Assembly: GCA_964475695.1 (NCBI GenBank) | Contig: CAYYYC010000001.1 | Span: 2,888-44,897, forward strand | Length of the DNA: 42,010 bases | Reading direction: 5' to 3' | From: an uncultured Rubrivivax sp. | GTDB lineage: Bacteria; Pseudomonadota; Gammaproteobacteria; Burkholderiales; Burkholderiaceae_C | Part shown: piece after piece, positions 25,774 through 34,555 of the stretch | How positions within the stretch are numbered: the stretch's first letter is position 1 | Layout: the number at the start of each line of letters is the position of its first letter | Translations under genes and position numbers: made by a program | The notes under the pieces: model-generated | The model's input: the letters and a program-made list of their open reading frames with translations, nothing else | What the model was told of the DNA's origin: nothing | Databases searched by the model: none

Positions 25774-26693
25774 GCGATGCGGCCGCAGAGGTAGGTCCAA
25801 ACGAAGTGGGCGGCGGCCATGCTGGTGAGCTCGGCATGGTCGTAGGGCGGGGACACCTCCACGCAGTCCATGCCCACGAAGGGCAGGCCGGCCCATCCCT
25901 CGAGCAGCGTCATCACCTGGGCGGTGGTCAGCCCGGCGGGCTCGGGCGTACCGGTGCCCGGCGCGAAGGCAGGATCCAGGCAATCGATGTCCAGCGTGAG
26001 ATAGACCGGCGGGCGACCGAGCTCGTCCATGCGATGCACCACCGCGTCGATCACAGCCTGCAGCTCCTGCAGGCGATGCAGCCCGCGCAGCGAGCGGCCG
26101 TCGAAAACCAGGCCGCCCTCCCGACTGACCCGCTCGCGGCTGGCCCTGTCGGCCGAAGACCGGATTCCCAGCTGGACAAACCCGCGCGGGTCCACCAAGC
26201 CTTCGCTCAGCGCCTCATGCGCCCAAGTGCCGTGTCCGCTGGGCTCGCCGAAATGGTCGGCCCAGGTGTCGCAGTGGGCGTCGAAATGGATGAGGGCCAA
26301 CGGGCGGCCGAGCTTGGCGTGGTGGGCGCGCAGCAGCGAAAGCGTCACCGAATGGTCGCCGCCGAGCCAGACCATGTGCTGGCGCTCGATCAGCTGCCTG
26401 GCGGCCGGCTCCAACACCGCGCGCATGGCCTGCAGCTGGGTGTTGGGCAGGGCGATGTCGCCATGGTCCTCCAGCAGGCCGATCGGGGAGCGATCGAAGT
26501 GCGGATGCACCGCATCGCAGAGCATCTGGCTGGCCTGGCGGATGGCCGCGGGCCCAAAGCGTGCGCCCGGCCGGTTGGTCACTGCCCCGTCCCAGGGCAG
26601 GCCGGCGATGCCGTAGGGCGCCGGGCCTTCGGGCGCAGGCACCCGCAGGAAACTGCCGTTGCCGCCAAAGGGGAAAGTCGTCATGCGCTGCAT
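25764..26693 (-). CDS. speB: Agmatinase / guanidino-acid hydrolase (arginase family)
   Basis: Mn-binding motifs GGDHSVT, HFDAHCDTW, TLDIDCLDPAFAPGTGTPEP. The 3' end overlaps the convergent Gate gene by 10 nt. Confidence 0.8.
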   Translation of the reverse strand: MQRMTTFPFGGNGSFLRVPAPEGPAPYGIAGLPWDGAVTNRPGARFGPAAIRQASQMLCDAVHPHFDRSPIGLLEDHGDIALPNTQLQAMRAVLEPAARQLIERQHMVWLGGDHSVTLSLLRAHHAKLGRPLALIHFDAHCDTWADHFGEPSGHGTWAHEALSEGLVDPRGFVQLGIRSSADRASRERVSREGGLVFDGRSLRGLHRLQELQAVIDAVVHRMDELGRPPVYLTLDIDCLDPAFAPGTGTPEPAGLTTAQVMTLLEGWAGLPFVGMDCVEVSPPYDHAELTSMAAAHFVWTYLCGRIAQP

Positions 26694-26730
26694 GGTCGGG
26701 CCGTTGTCTTCAGGACGGCCACCTTACCCC

Positions 26731-28038
26731 ATGACGCTCCTCCTGGGGGAATCTGCGCACCGACGCAGCGCAGGTTTCGTGTTTTGCGAAACTCGCCGGG
26801 TGCCGACTCCAGCCAAGCCACCGATCACCCACGAGCAACTCGAGCGGGCGCTGGTGGGCGCGCTGGTCCAATCCCTGGCCATGGCTCCCCGCCTGGATCC
26901 CCCGCCGACTCTGGATCTCGCGGTGGTCGCCTTCACCCCAACCGGCGGGGCCGTGTGGGCCAACGCGGTGATCAACCGGGAACACCCTCATGGCCTGGTG
27001 GCGCGGATCGGCGCGGACGCCTCAGCCGTGCAGAACATCATGTACCTGGCTGATCCAACCGACGACCAGCGGCGATCGATCGCATGGCAGCCCGGCGCCG
27101 ACTGGACCCGGCTTTCGGGGCTGGAAATCCTGCAGGGCAGCGGGCCCGCCCGCTCGATCGCACCCTACCCGGCTTCACTGGTCAAGCTGATGGTGGCCAC
27201 AGGCGTCGGGCTGCTTGTCGACCAGGGCCAGGCTTCATGGGACGAACCCTGGCGCTGGGGCACACGCCGGCGGACCGTCAGGCACTGGGCTGACGGCATG
27301 ATCACCGAGAGTCGAAACGACGACACGCACGCTCTGGTGGCCCTGCTCCATGCCCGCGGGCTGATCCAGCAGGATGGCCAAGGCCTGGAGACGCGCAACC
27401 GGCTGCATGAAGCCTTCTCGGCGGTGGGCCTGGCCACGCTGCGGTTGGCCAGAACACGGCCCGATGGCGGATGGCTCAACCGCGATGGCGCGGGGGTCGG
27501 CCACCTTCAGATGACAGCCTGGGACACGGCGCGGCTGCTGTGGCTGCTGCTGCCGGCCGTGATGCCGTCATGCCCGCGGGCGCCGTGGCTCGGTGAAGGC
27601 CAGGGACCGCTGCTCTCGCCCAGCAGCGCTGCGGTGATCTGGGACCTCCTGCACCAGCAGGCCCTGCATGAGGCCCTGTCCTCCACGGTGGCTGTGGGAC
27701 TGCCCGGGTGGCGCCCGGGCATTCCGGCGCGGGTGCCAGACCGCTGGGTGGGCCCCGATGGCCGAGTCCGCGCCGCCGATCGCTCCTGGCCCGGGGACAT
27801 CCGACCCGCGCAGGAAGCCGCGCAGGTGCTGTTTGCGCACAAGACGGGAACCACCGAAAACTACCTCTCGGATGCCGGTTGGGTGCACAGCCCAGCCGCG
27901 GACGGCCGCAGCTACCTGGTGGCGCTGCTGAGCACCCTGGGTTCACGCCATGCCAGCCACCCGCTGCTGGCCACGAACTGGTGTGTGGCCGAACTGGGCG
28001 CTCGCATTGACGGCTGGCTGGCCGAACATCTGGGCTAG
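26731..28038 (+). CDS. Class-A beta-lactamase-fold serine hydrolase (Beta-lactamase2-like) with no evident signal peptide
   Basis: SxxK (ASLVK), SxN (ESRND) and KTG (HKTGTT) motifs occur in the correct order. Start chosen as the first ATG that does not overlap the divergent speB; this is uncertain. Confidence 0.6.
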   Translation: MTLLLGESAHRRSAGFVFCETRRVPTPAKPPITHEQLERALVGALVQSLAMAPRLDPPPTLDLAVVAFTPTGGAVWANAVINREHPHGLVARIGADASAVQNIMYLADPTDDQRRSIAWQPGADWTRLSGLEILQGSGPARSIAPYPASLVKLMVATGVGLLVDQGQASWDEPWRWGTRRRTVRHWADGMITESRNDDTHALVALLHARGLIQQDGQGLETRNRLHEAFSAVGLATLRLARTRPDGGWLNRDGAGVGHLQMTAWDTARLLWLLLPAVMPSCPRAPWLGEGQGPLLSPSSAAVIWDLLHQQALHEALSSTVAVGLPGWRPGIPARVPDRWVGPDGRVRAADRSWPGDIRPAQEAAQVLFAHKTGTTENYLSDAGWVHSPAADGRSYLVALLSTLGSRHASHPLLATNWCVAELGARIDGWLAEHLG

Positions 28039-28048
28039 CGTGTTTACC

Positions 28049-28125
28049 CCAAGGCGTCTCGCGGACCAGGCTGGGCTACAGTTTTCCATGGGTCCGTTGG
28101 CAGTCTCGTTGCAAACCACGCCTTG
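28049..28125 (+). promoter_or_regulatory. Possible nested stem structure in the leader of ddpX
   Basis: Outer arms are CAAGGCGT (28050-28057) and ACGCCTTG (28118-28125). Inner arms are CGGACC (28062-28067) and GGTCCG (28091-28096). Paired by eye only. Confidence 0.15.
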
Positions 28126-28137
28126 TGGCGGCGACCG

Positions 28138-28749
28138 ATGAACAGCGCCATCGATTGCGCCGACGTTTCGAGCCACCCGGACTTTGTTCCGCTGTCCGAG
28201 GTGCCGGGAATCGCCGTGGACATCCGCTACGCGAGCCCTTCCAATTTCAGCGGCCGCCGGCTCTACGAAGGTCTGGACTGCGCCTGGCTGCGTCGGCCCG
28301 CCGCCCAGGGGCTGGCAATGGCGGCGCAGTGGCTGGGCCGGCATCGTCCAGGCTGGCGATTGCTGGTGCTTGATGCCCTGCGGCCGCAGCGGGTGCAAGA
28401 GGCCATCTGGCGGGAGGTTCGACACACGCCGATGGCCGCGTACTTCGCCGATCCGGCGCGCGGGTCCATCCATTCCTTCGGCATGGCTGTGGATGTGACC
28501 CTGCTCGACGCGCAGGGGCGCGAGTGCGACATGGGCACGGGCTACGACGAAATGAATGATCGATCGCATCCGGCGCTGGAGACGCGGCATCTGGCCCTGG
28601 GGCTGCTGCAGCCCAGCCACCTGGCGGCGCGGGGCTGGCTTTATGAAGCCATGGCCGCCGGTGGGTTCCACGGCATTCCCACCGAGTGGTGGCACTTCGA
28701 CCATGGCGACAGACAACAGGTTCGCAAGGAGATGCAGCGTGTGTACTGA
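28138..28749 (+). CDS. ddpX: D-alanyl-D-alanine dipeptidase (VanX/DdpX, peptidase M15D)
   Basis: DIRYASPSNFSG, the zinc motif SIHSFGMAVDV and EWWHFD. Confidence 0.8.
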   Translation: MNSAIDCADVSSHPDFVPLSEVPGIAVDIRYASPSNFSGRRLYEGLDCAWLRRPAAQGLAMAAQWLGRHRPGWRLLVLDALRPQRVQEAIWREVRHTPMAAYFADPARGSIHSFGMAVDVTLLDAQGRECDMGTGYDEMNDRSHPALETRHLALGLLQPSHLAARGWLYEAMAAGGFHGIPTEWWHFDHGDRQQVRKEMQRVY

Positions 28750-29815
28750 CCCGTGTTCTGCGCCCCGCAGGCGCCTGCTGGGGCTTGGCGCAGCAGCGGC
28801 GGCTGCGGCCTTCAGCGTCACAGCCCGCTCGCAGGAGGCGCCACCCCGCGCGCCACCGATGCCCACGCCGCTGATCCGGCCGCCCCGCCTGCAGAGTGGC
28901 CAGACGATCGGTCTGGTGGCACCTTCAGGCGCGATGCCCGAGCGCATGCCGCTGGAGGCGGCCATCGACACCCTGACCTCGCTGGGCTTTCGCATCAAGG
29001 AAGCGCCGAACCTGCGGGCGCGGCGCGGGCACTTCGCGGGCACCGACGCGCAGCGTGCGGCGGGCCTCAATGCGATGTTCGCGGATCCTGAGGTTCACGG
29101 GATTCTGGCGATCACCGGCGGCTCCGGGGCCAACCGCATCCTGCCCCTGCTGGACTACGCTCAACTGCGCCGCACACCGAAATTCGTGGGCGGCTTCTCC
29201 GACATCACCGCCTTGCTTCATGCGGTGCACTGCCGCAGCGGCCTGGTGACCTTCCACTGCCCGGCGGGCGCCTCGGAATGGAACGAGTTCAGCTGGAGAC
29301 ACTTCAAGGGCGTGGCCATGGACGCCACGCCCGTGATCATGCGCAACGAGCCCGACAAGGGCGCGCTGCCGGCGCCTCGGGAAGACAGAACCCTGACGAT
29401 ACGCTCGGGGCTGGCGCGCGGGCCGCTGTTGGGCGGCAACCTCGCCGTGCTGTCTTCGCTCTGCGGCTCGCCCTACCTGCGCCCGTTCGATGGCGCGATT
29501 CTCTTTCTCGAGGAAATCAACGAGTACATCTACCGGGTGGACCGAATGCTCTCCACGCTCAAGCTCGCTGGGGTGCTGGACCGCCTGTCGGGTGTCATGC
29601 TGGGTGCCTTCACCAACTGCACCCCTGGCGACGGTTTCTGGACTTTGACTCTGGACGAGGTGTTCGAGGACTATTTCGGCGGCTTGGGCATCCCGGTCTA
29701 CCGCGGCGCATCGTTCGGCCACATCCGGCGCAAGTTCACCCTGCCGTTGGGGACGCAGGCCGAAATCGATGCGGGCGCGGGAACGGTCCGTCTGCTCGAG
29801 CCGGCCGTGGCCTGA
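28739..29815 (+). CDS. ldcA: LD-carboxypeptidase (peptidase S66, LdcA-like) with a twin-arginine signal
   Basis: S66 motifs: GLVAPSG, the nucleophile GGFSDITAL, FLEE and SFGH. The N-terminus PRRRLLGLGAAAAAAAFSVTARS looks like a Tat signal. Start is GTG 28739 or ATG 28703; both overlap ddpX. Confidence 0.75.
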   Translation: MCTDPCSAPRRRLLGLGAAAAAAAFSVTARSQEAPPRAPPMPTPLIRPPRLQSGQTIGLVAPSGAMPERMPLEAAIDTLTSLGFRIKEAPNLRARRGHFAGTDAQRAAGLNAMFADPEVHGILAITGGSGANRILPLLDYAQLRRTPKFVGGFSDITALLHAVHCRSGLVTFHCPAGASEWNEFSWRHFKGVAMDATPVIMRNEPDKGALPAPREDRTLTIRSGLARGPLLGGNLAVLSSLCGSPYLRPFDGAILFLEEINEYIYRVDRMLSTLKLAGVLDRLSGVMLGAFTNCTPGDGFWTLTLDEVFEDYFGGLGIPVYRGASFGHIRRKFTLPLGTQAEIDAGAGTVRLLEPAVA

Positions 29816-29867
29816 GGCGCGGCCAACCCCATCGCCCCGCCACCGAAGCGCAGCCTCGCAGCAGGGC

Positions 29868-31457
29868 CTAGCGTCCCCGCGGGCTCAGGCCCCCGGCGGC
29901 CACCCAATCGGCGATCGCATCAAGCACCGGACGCCCACGCATCGGCGCCTCATCGTGGTTGACCATGGCCGCCATCACCCAGCGTCGCCCGTCGGGATCA
30001 TCCACATAGCCCGCCAACGCCACCGCATTTCGCAGGGTTCCCGGCTTGAGGCGGGCGCGGGCACGCGCCGGAGATTCGGTCATGCGGTTTCGCAGAGACC
30101 CGTCGATGCCGGCGATGGGCAAGCTCATCATGAGCTCGGGCGAGTGCAGCTGTCCATGGGCTGCTCTGAGCACGAGCGCGAGCTGGCGTGGCGTGATGCG
30201 CTCGCTGCGGGACAGCCCGGAGCCGTTGTCCATGACCAGGCCCTCCTGCGCAATGCCCTGCTCGGAGAACCAGCGCCGAACCGCAGCGTCGGCCCAATCG
30301 CGTGTGGGTCTGTCCGGCATCGACTGTCCCGCCGCAGCCGAGCGCCGCGCCTCTTCGACGCCGATGAGCAGGTAGAGGATGCGGGTGGCCACATTGTCGG
30401 AATTCTTGTTCAGCGGGCGCAGCCATTCGCCCCAGGGTCGCGCCTCGCGGCGCGCCAGCAGCTCGGTGGGCCTGCCCTGCCCAGGCGCATCCTTGGGTGT
30501 GGCGTCGTGCCGAAACTCGCCAGGAGCCGCCTCGCGCACACGACCGCTCCACTGACCGCCAAGCTCACTCCAAACCCAGGCCAGCTGCGCCTGCGCCAGG
30601 CGGTTGCGCTCCATGAGCTGCATCGGCTGGCGGTGGACACAGTCGGCCGGATAACGGCCGCTGAGACGAATGATGACGCGTCCGTCAGGCTGTTCGACGG
30701 CCTGGGGCGGCAACCATCCACGGCTGCTCCATTCCCGGCAGCTCACCTCGCCAGGCGGGTGGACCTGGAGCTGGTTGTCGATGGCCACCCCGGGCAGCGC
30801 GGGCCGCAGGCGGGCGGCCACCTGTCGGCGATCCGACTGCAGTTCCAGCACATGCAGGTTGCCGGCAAGCTGCAATGCATCGGGAATGACGTTGTAGGGA
30901 AACTCCGGCGACTCGTCGAAGGGCGCAACCCCCAAGTCCATGCGGGCCGGCGAGAACAGATGGCGATCGAGAACGATGTCGCCTTCCAGATGCCGGATGC
31001 CCGACTCACGCAGCTCAAGCATCAGCGCCCACAGCTGCGGCAAGCCCAGCTCGAGGTCAGCGCCGCCGCGAAGCACCAGGTCGCCGACCAACCGTCCATC
31101 GCGGGACACGCCTGCACTCCTGAGCTCGGTGAAGCCGCGCCCGTTGGGGCCCAGGCTGTGGAGCCCGACGGCGCTGGTCACCACCTTCATGGCTGAGGCC
31201 GGCTGCATCGGCCGGTCGGGCTGGTGCAGCAGCCCTTGGCCTGCGCTGGTCCCATCGGCCGCCAGAGGCAGCACCGCCACGGCCAGTGCCTGCGGGCCCA
31301 GTCCCGCCTTGGCCAGGGCCTGCTCGATGGCGCCGGGCAGCGTCAGGGGCGGCGCGCCGGCGGGGGATTGGTCAGCCCCAAAGGCCACGGCGGGGCACCC
31401 AGCGGCCAGGCCAGCCCAGACGATGGCGACGGACAAAAGTCGGTATTTGCGGATCAT
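29868..31457 (-). CDS. dacB: D-alanyl-D-alanine carboxypeptidase/endopeptidase (PBP4, peptidase S13)
   Basis: Signal peptide MIRKYRLLSVAIVWAGLAAG. SxxK (ASAMKV), SxN (NSDN) and a KTG-like motif (LKPGTL). Confidence 0.8.
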   Translation of the reverse strand: MIRKYRLLSVAIVWAGLAAGCPAVAFGADQSPAGAPPLTLPGAIEQALAKAGLGPQALAVAVLPLAADGTSAGQGLLHQPDRPMQPASAMKVVTSAVGLHSLGPNGRGFTELRSAGVSRDGRLVGDLVLRGGADLELGLPQLWALMLELRESGIRHLEGDIVLDRHLFSPARMDLGVAPFDESPEFPYNVIPDALQLAGNLHVLELQSDRRQVAARLRPALPGVAIDNQLQVHPPGEVSCREWSSRGWLPPQAVEQPDGRVIIRLSGRYPADCVHRQPMQLMERNRLAQAQLAWVWSELGGQWSGRVREAAPGEFRHDATPKDAPGQGRPTELLARREARPWGEWLRPLNKNSDNVATRILYLLIGVEEARRSAAAGQSMPDRPTRDWADAAVRRWFSEQGIAQEGLVMDNGSGLSRSERITPRQLALVLRAAHGQLHSPELMMSLPIAGIDGSLRNRMTESPARARARLKPGTLRNAVALAGYVDDPDGRRWVMAAMVNHDEAPMRGRPVLDAIADWVAAGGLSPRGR

Positions 31458-31508
31458 GGGGTCCATCATTTCACGTTCGGCGGCAAACACGGGCCACAAT
31501 CGGAGCCC

Positions 31509-32348
31509 ATGAAGTGCATGTCACGCCTTGGGGCTGGAGTGGCGTCCTGCCTCTGGAAGCTGCCTGGCGCAGCGCTCATTGTGGCCTTGGCCGGCTGCGC
31601 CGGACCACGCATCGACTCGCAGACCTACCGCTCGGTGGGGCAGGACAGTCGCGCCCAATTCCTGATCATTCACTACACCGCGGTCGACCTGGAGACCTCA
31701 ATCCGGCTGCTCACCCAGCACAAGGTGTCGTCCCACTACCTGGTGACCGACGAAAAGCCGGTGCGGGTGTACCGGCTCGTCGACGAAGACCGTCGGGCGT
31801 GGCATGCCGGGGAAAGCCATTGGGACCGGCACAGCATGCTCAACGGCAACTCGATCGGCATCGAGATCGTCAACCCGGGCAACAGTCCGCGGCCCGACGG
31901 ACGGGCAGACTTCGAACCCTACCTGCCCGAGCAGATCGACCGGGTGGTGGAGTTGGTGCGCGAGATCGTCAAGCGCCACCAGATTCGCCCCGACCGAGTC
32001 CTGGGGCACAGCGACATCGCACCGCAGCGCAAGGTCGATCCAGGCCCGCTCTTCCCTTGGAAGCGTCTGGCGGACGAAGGCCTGATCCTGTGGCCCGACG
32101 AAGCGGCCGTGCGCAAGGCTCTGCCCGATCATCAGGCCCAGCTCCCCCCGGTGAAGTGGTTTCAGCAGGCGCTGGCCCGGCACGGCTTCCTGGTGGCTGA
32201 CCATGGTGAGCTTGACGCCCCCACACGGCGTGTGATTGCGGCCTTTCAGATGAAGTACCGCCCGGCCAAATACGACGGCCTGCCCGACGCGGAAACGGCC
32301 GCCCTGCTCACGGCGCTGACCGGGCTGCGCAACGAAGTGCCGCGCTGA
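31509..32348 (+). CDS. amiD: N-acetylmuramoyl-L-alanine amidase, lipoprotein AmiD type (Amidase_2 + PG_binding_1)
   Basis: Lipobox VALAGC. Amidase_2 motifs IIHYTA, SSHYLV, RAWHAG, NSIGIEIV, GHSDIAPQRKVDPGPLFPW. C-terminal PG-binding-like VKWFQQALARHGF. Confidence 0.8.
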   Translation: MKCMSRLGAGVASCLWKLPGAALIVALAGCAGPRIDSQTYRSVGQDSRAQFLIIHYTAVDLETSIRLLTQHKVSSHYLVTDEKPVRVYRLVDEDRRAWHAGESHWDRHSMLNGNSIGIEIVNPGNSPRPDGRADFEPYLPEQIDRVVELVREIVKRHQIRPDRVLGHSDIAPQRKVDPGPLFPWKRLADEGLILWPDEAAVRKALPDHQAQLPPVKWFQQALARHGFLVADHGELDAPTRRVIAAFQMKYRPAKYDGLPDAETAALLTALTGLRNEVPR

Positions 32349-32364
32349 ATCGTCGGGGGCGTCC

Positions 32365-33255
32365 ATGAGCGTCTCACGCACCGAGTCCACCAACCCCGCA
32401 CACGCCGAGCTCGACCGGTACGACACCGCACAGCTCGTGTCGGTGCTTGTGGATGACCACTGGGTCGCGGTGCGCGCGGTGCAGGCCGCCGTCCAGTCCA
32501 TCGGCCGCGCGGTCGACGCCACCGCCGAGCGGCTGGCCCGGGGTGGTCGCCTCATCTATGCGGGCGCAGGCACAAGCGGGCGCTTGGGCGTTCTCGATGC
32601 CGTTGAGCTGAATCCGACATTTTCATGGCCCCGCCATCGAGCGCCGGCTTTGCTGGCCGGCGGCGAGGGGGCGATGTTCCTGGCGGTCGAAGGCGCCGAG
32701 GACGACGGCGCTCAGGGGGCACAGGACCTTCACCGCCTGGGGCCCACCGAGGACGACACCGTCTTTGCAGTCGCAGCCTCGGGCACGACGCCGTTTGCCC
32801 TGGGCGTGATCACCACGGCCCGCTCCCTGGGCTGCCTGACCATCGGGATGGCCAACAACCCCGATTCCCCGCTGCCCAACGCCGCCGAGATCGGCATCGT
32901 GCTGGACACCGGGCCGGAGATCCTCTCGGGCAGCACCAGGCTGAAGGCCGGAACGGCGCAGAAGGTGGCGCTCAACAGTTTTTCCACCGCAGTGATGGTG
33001 CGACTGCACAAGGTGTACGGGAACCTGATGGTGGATCTGCGGGCCACCAACATCAAGCTCGTGCAGCGGGCGGTGCGGCTGACCATGCAGGCCAGCGGTG
33101 TGGGCCAGGCCCAGGCCGAAGCCGCATTGCGCGATTGCGGCTACCAGGTCAAGGTGGCGGTGGTGATGCTGCGTCGCGGCCTGCAGGCCCAGGAGGCACA
33201 GGCGCTGCTGGAACAGTCTGCAGGCAGCCTCAGGGCAGCCCTGGGTGAGGCCTGA
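32365..33255 (+). CDS. murQ: N-acetylmuramic acid 6-phosphate etherase
   Basis: TESTNP...LD, and the SIS domain GRLIYAGAGTSGRLGVLDAVELNPTF, AVAASGTTPF, GSTRLKAGTAQK. Confidence 0.85.
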   Translation: MSVSRTESTNPAHAELDRYDTAQLVSVLVDDHWVAVRAVQAAVQSIGRAVDATAERLARGGRLIYAGAGTSGRLGVLDAVELNPTFSWPRHRAPALLAGGEGAMFLAVEGAEDDGAQGAQDLHRLGPTEDDTVFAVAASGTTPFALGVITTARSLGCLTIGMANNPDSPLPNAAEIGIVLDTGPEILSGSTRLKAGTAQKVALNSFSTAVMVRLHKVYGNLMVDLRATNIKLVQRAVRLTMQASGVGQAQAEAALRDCGYQVKVAVVMLRRGLQAQEAQALLEQSAGSLRAALGEA

Positions 33256-33271
33256 GATCGGGCCTCAGGCC
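33249..33271. terminator. GC-rich hairpin GGCCTGAG-atcgggc-CTCAGGCC between convergent murQ and dadA (possible bidirectional terminator)
   Basis: 8-bp perfect stem. The left arm contains the murQ TGA (33253-33255) and the right arm contains the complement of the dadA TGA (33265-33267). There is no U-tract, so intrinsic-terminator status is weak. Confidence 0.3.
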
Positions 33272-34527
33272 GAGAAGTCCAGGCCCCGCAGCGGCTCAGG
33301 CATCGGCTGGCCGGCCATCTGCGCAGCCAACAACTCAGCACTGGCACAAGCCAAGGTGAAGCCCAAGGCCCCGTGCCCGACATTGAGCCACAGGCCAGGC
33401 ACCGCACAGGGCCCGACGATCGGCGCACCGCTGGGCGTGGCAGGGCGCAGCCCCGCCCACGGTTGCGCCCGGCTGTAGTCGCCCGCCTCCGGCAGGTCTG
33501 TCCGGCCCACCCGGAGCAGGGAGTCCAGCCGCCGCTGGTCGATGCGCGGATCGTGGCCCACCAGATCCACCATCGCCGCCACCCGCAGCCGCCCATCGAT
33601 GCGGGCGTAGAGCACCTTACGCTCCAGGTCCGTGATGCTGGCCCGGGGAGGCCGGTGGCCCGCCTCGATGGGCATGTCCAGGCTGTAGCCCTTGAGCGGA
33701 TAGAGCGGCAGGCGCACCCCCAGGGGTGCGGCAAGGCTCACGCTGGCGATGCCCGCAGCCAGCACCACCGCGTCGGCCGCCAGCGGCTCGGCGATCGAGG
33801 GCGAGCTGCCCTCCTGCAGGCTCAGTTCCATCCGGTCGTGTCGTCGGCGAATCCCAAGGACACGGCCCACAGACAGTCCCCTGAAGTTCGGGTGCGACTC
33901 AAGGCGGCGCATCAGCGATCGGCAGAAGGCGTGGCAATCGGCCACCGCCTCGTCACCGCTGTAGATCCCGCCGGCGATCCGCCCGGCCAAGCCCTCAAGC
34001 ACGGGCTCATGCTGCAGGCAGCGCTGGGCATCCCACAGTTCCTGGCTTTCATCCATTCCCCTGGCCGACTGCCGCAGCGTCAAGGCGCTGCGGTGCAGCA
34101 CCAGCTTGCCTGCCTGCTCCCAGCCGAAGCCCTCCACCCCATGCTCGTGCATGAGCCTGTGCAGGCACTGGCGGCTGTACTGGCCCAGACGGGCCAACCG
34201 GTGGGCGGTGGCAGCGTGGTCACGCCGGTTGCACAGGGCCAGAAAGCGCAGCAGCCACGCCCACTGCTGACCGTCGAACGCGGGACGCCAGCGCAAGGGC
34301 CCGTCGCGCTGCATCAGCCAGCGCAAGGCCTTGAGCGGCACGCCCGTGTCGGCCAGTGGGGCCACATAGCGGTAACTCAGCTGCCCGCCGTTGCGCAGGC
34401 TGGTTCCCAGCCCCACCCCATGCGAGTCCAGCAGTTCGACACGCCAACCCGATTCAGCCAGGGACCACGCGGTGGTGACGCCCACCACGCCGGCCCCCAG
34501 CACGATGGCGCTCCCCCGGTGGGTCAT
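33265..34527 (-). CDS. dadA: FAD-dependent D-amino-acid dehydrogenase-like oxidoreductase (DAO family)
   Basis: Internal ATG at 34527. Dinucleotide fold AIVLGAGVVGVTTAWSLAESGWRVELLD. C-terminal LWLNVGHGALGFT is typical of DadA-type enzymes. Confidence 0.65.
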   Translation of the reverse strand: MTHRGSAIVLGAGVVGVTTAWSLAESGWRVELLDSHGVGLGTSLRNGGQLSYRYVAPLADTGVPLKALRWLMQRDGPLRWRPAFDGQQWAWLLRFLALCNRRDHAATAHRLARLGQYSRQCLHRLMHEHGVEGFGWEQAGKLVLHRSALTLRQSARGMDESQELWDAQRCLQHEPVLEGLAGRIAGGIYSGDEAVADCHAFCRSLMRRLESHPNFRGLSVGRVLGIRRRHDRMELSLQEGSSPSIAEPLAADAVVLAAGIASVSLAAPLGVRLPLYPLKGYSLDMPIEAGHRPPRASITDLERKVLYARIDGRLRVAAMVDLVGHDPRIDQRRLDSLLRVGRTDLPEAGDYSRAQPWAGLRPATPSGAPIVGPCAVPGLWLNVGHGALGFTLACASAELLAAQMAGQPMPEPLRGLDFSA

Positions 34528-34555
34528 GGCACGCCCCCGCGCGACCGCCTGGGCA

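Noticed and set aside
26659-26730. Earlier ATG (26659) for the serine hydrolase
   Set aside because: It would overlap the divergent speB start codon region by 35 nt. I preferred ATG 26731, but the start remains uncertain.
25806-27053. 415-aa + strand ORF over speB, and similar long shadows at 29769-31196, 33373-34641, 4110-5234, 4648-5799 and 9528-10856
   Set aside because: Each is antisense to, or out of frame with, a CDS that carries family-specific catalytic motifs. None has recognisable domains.
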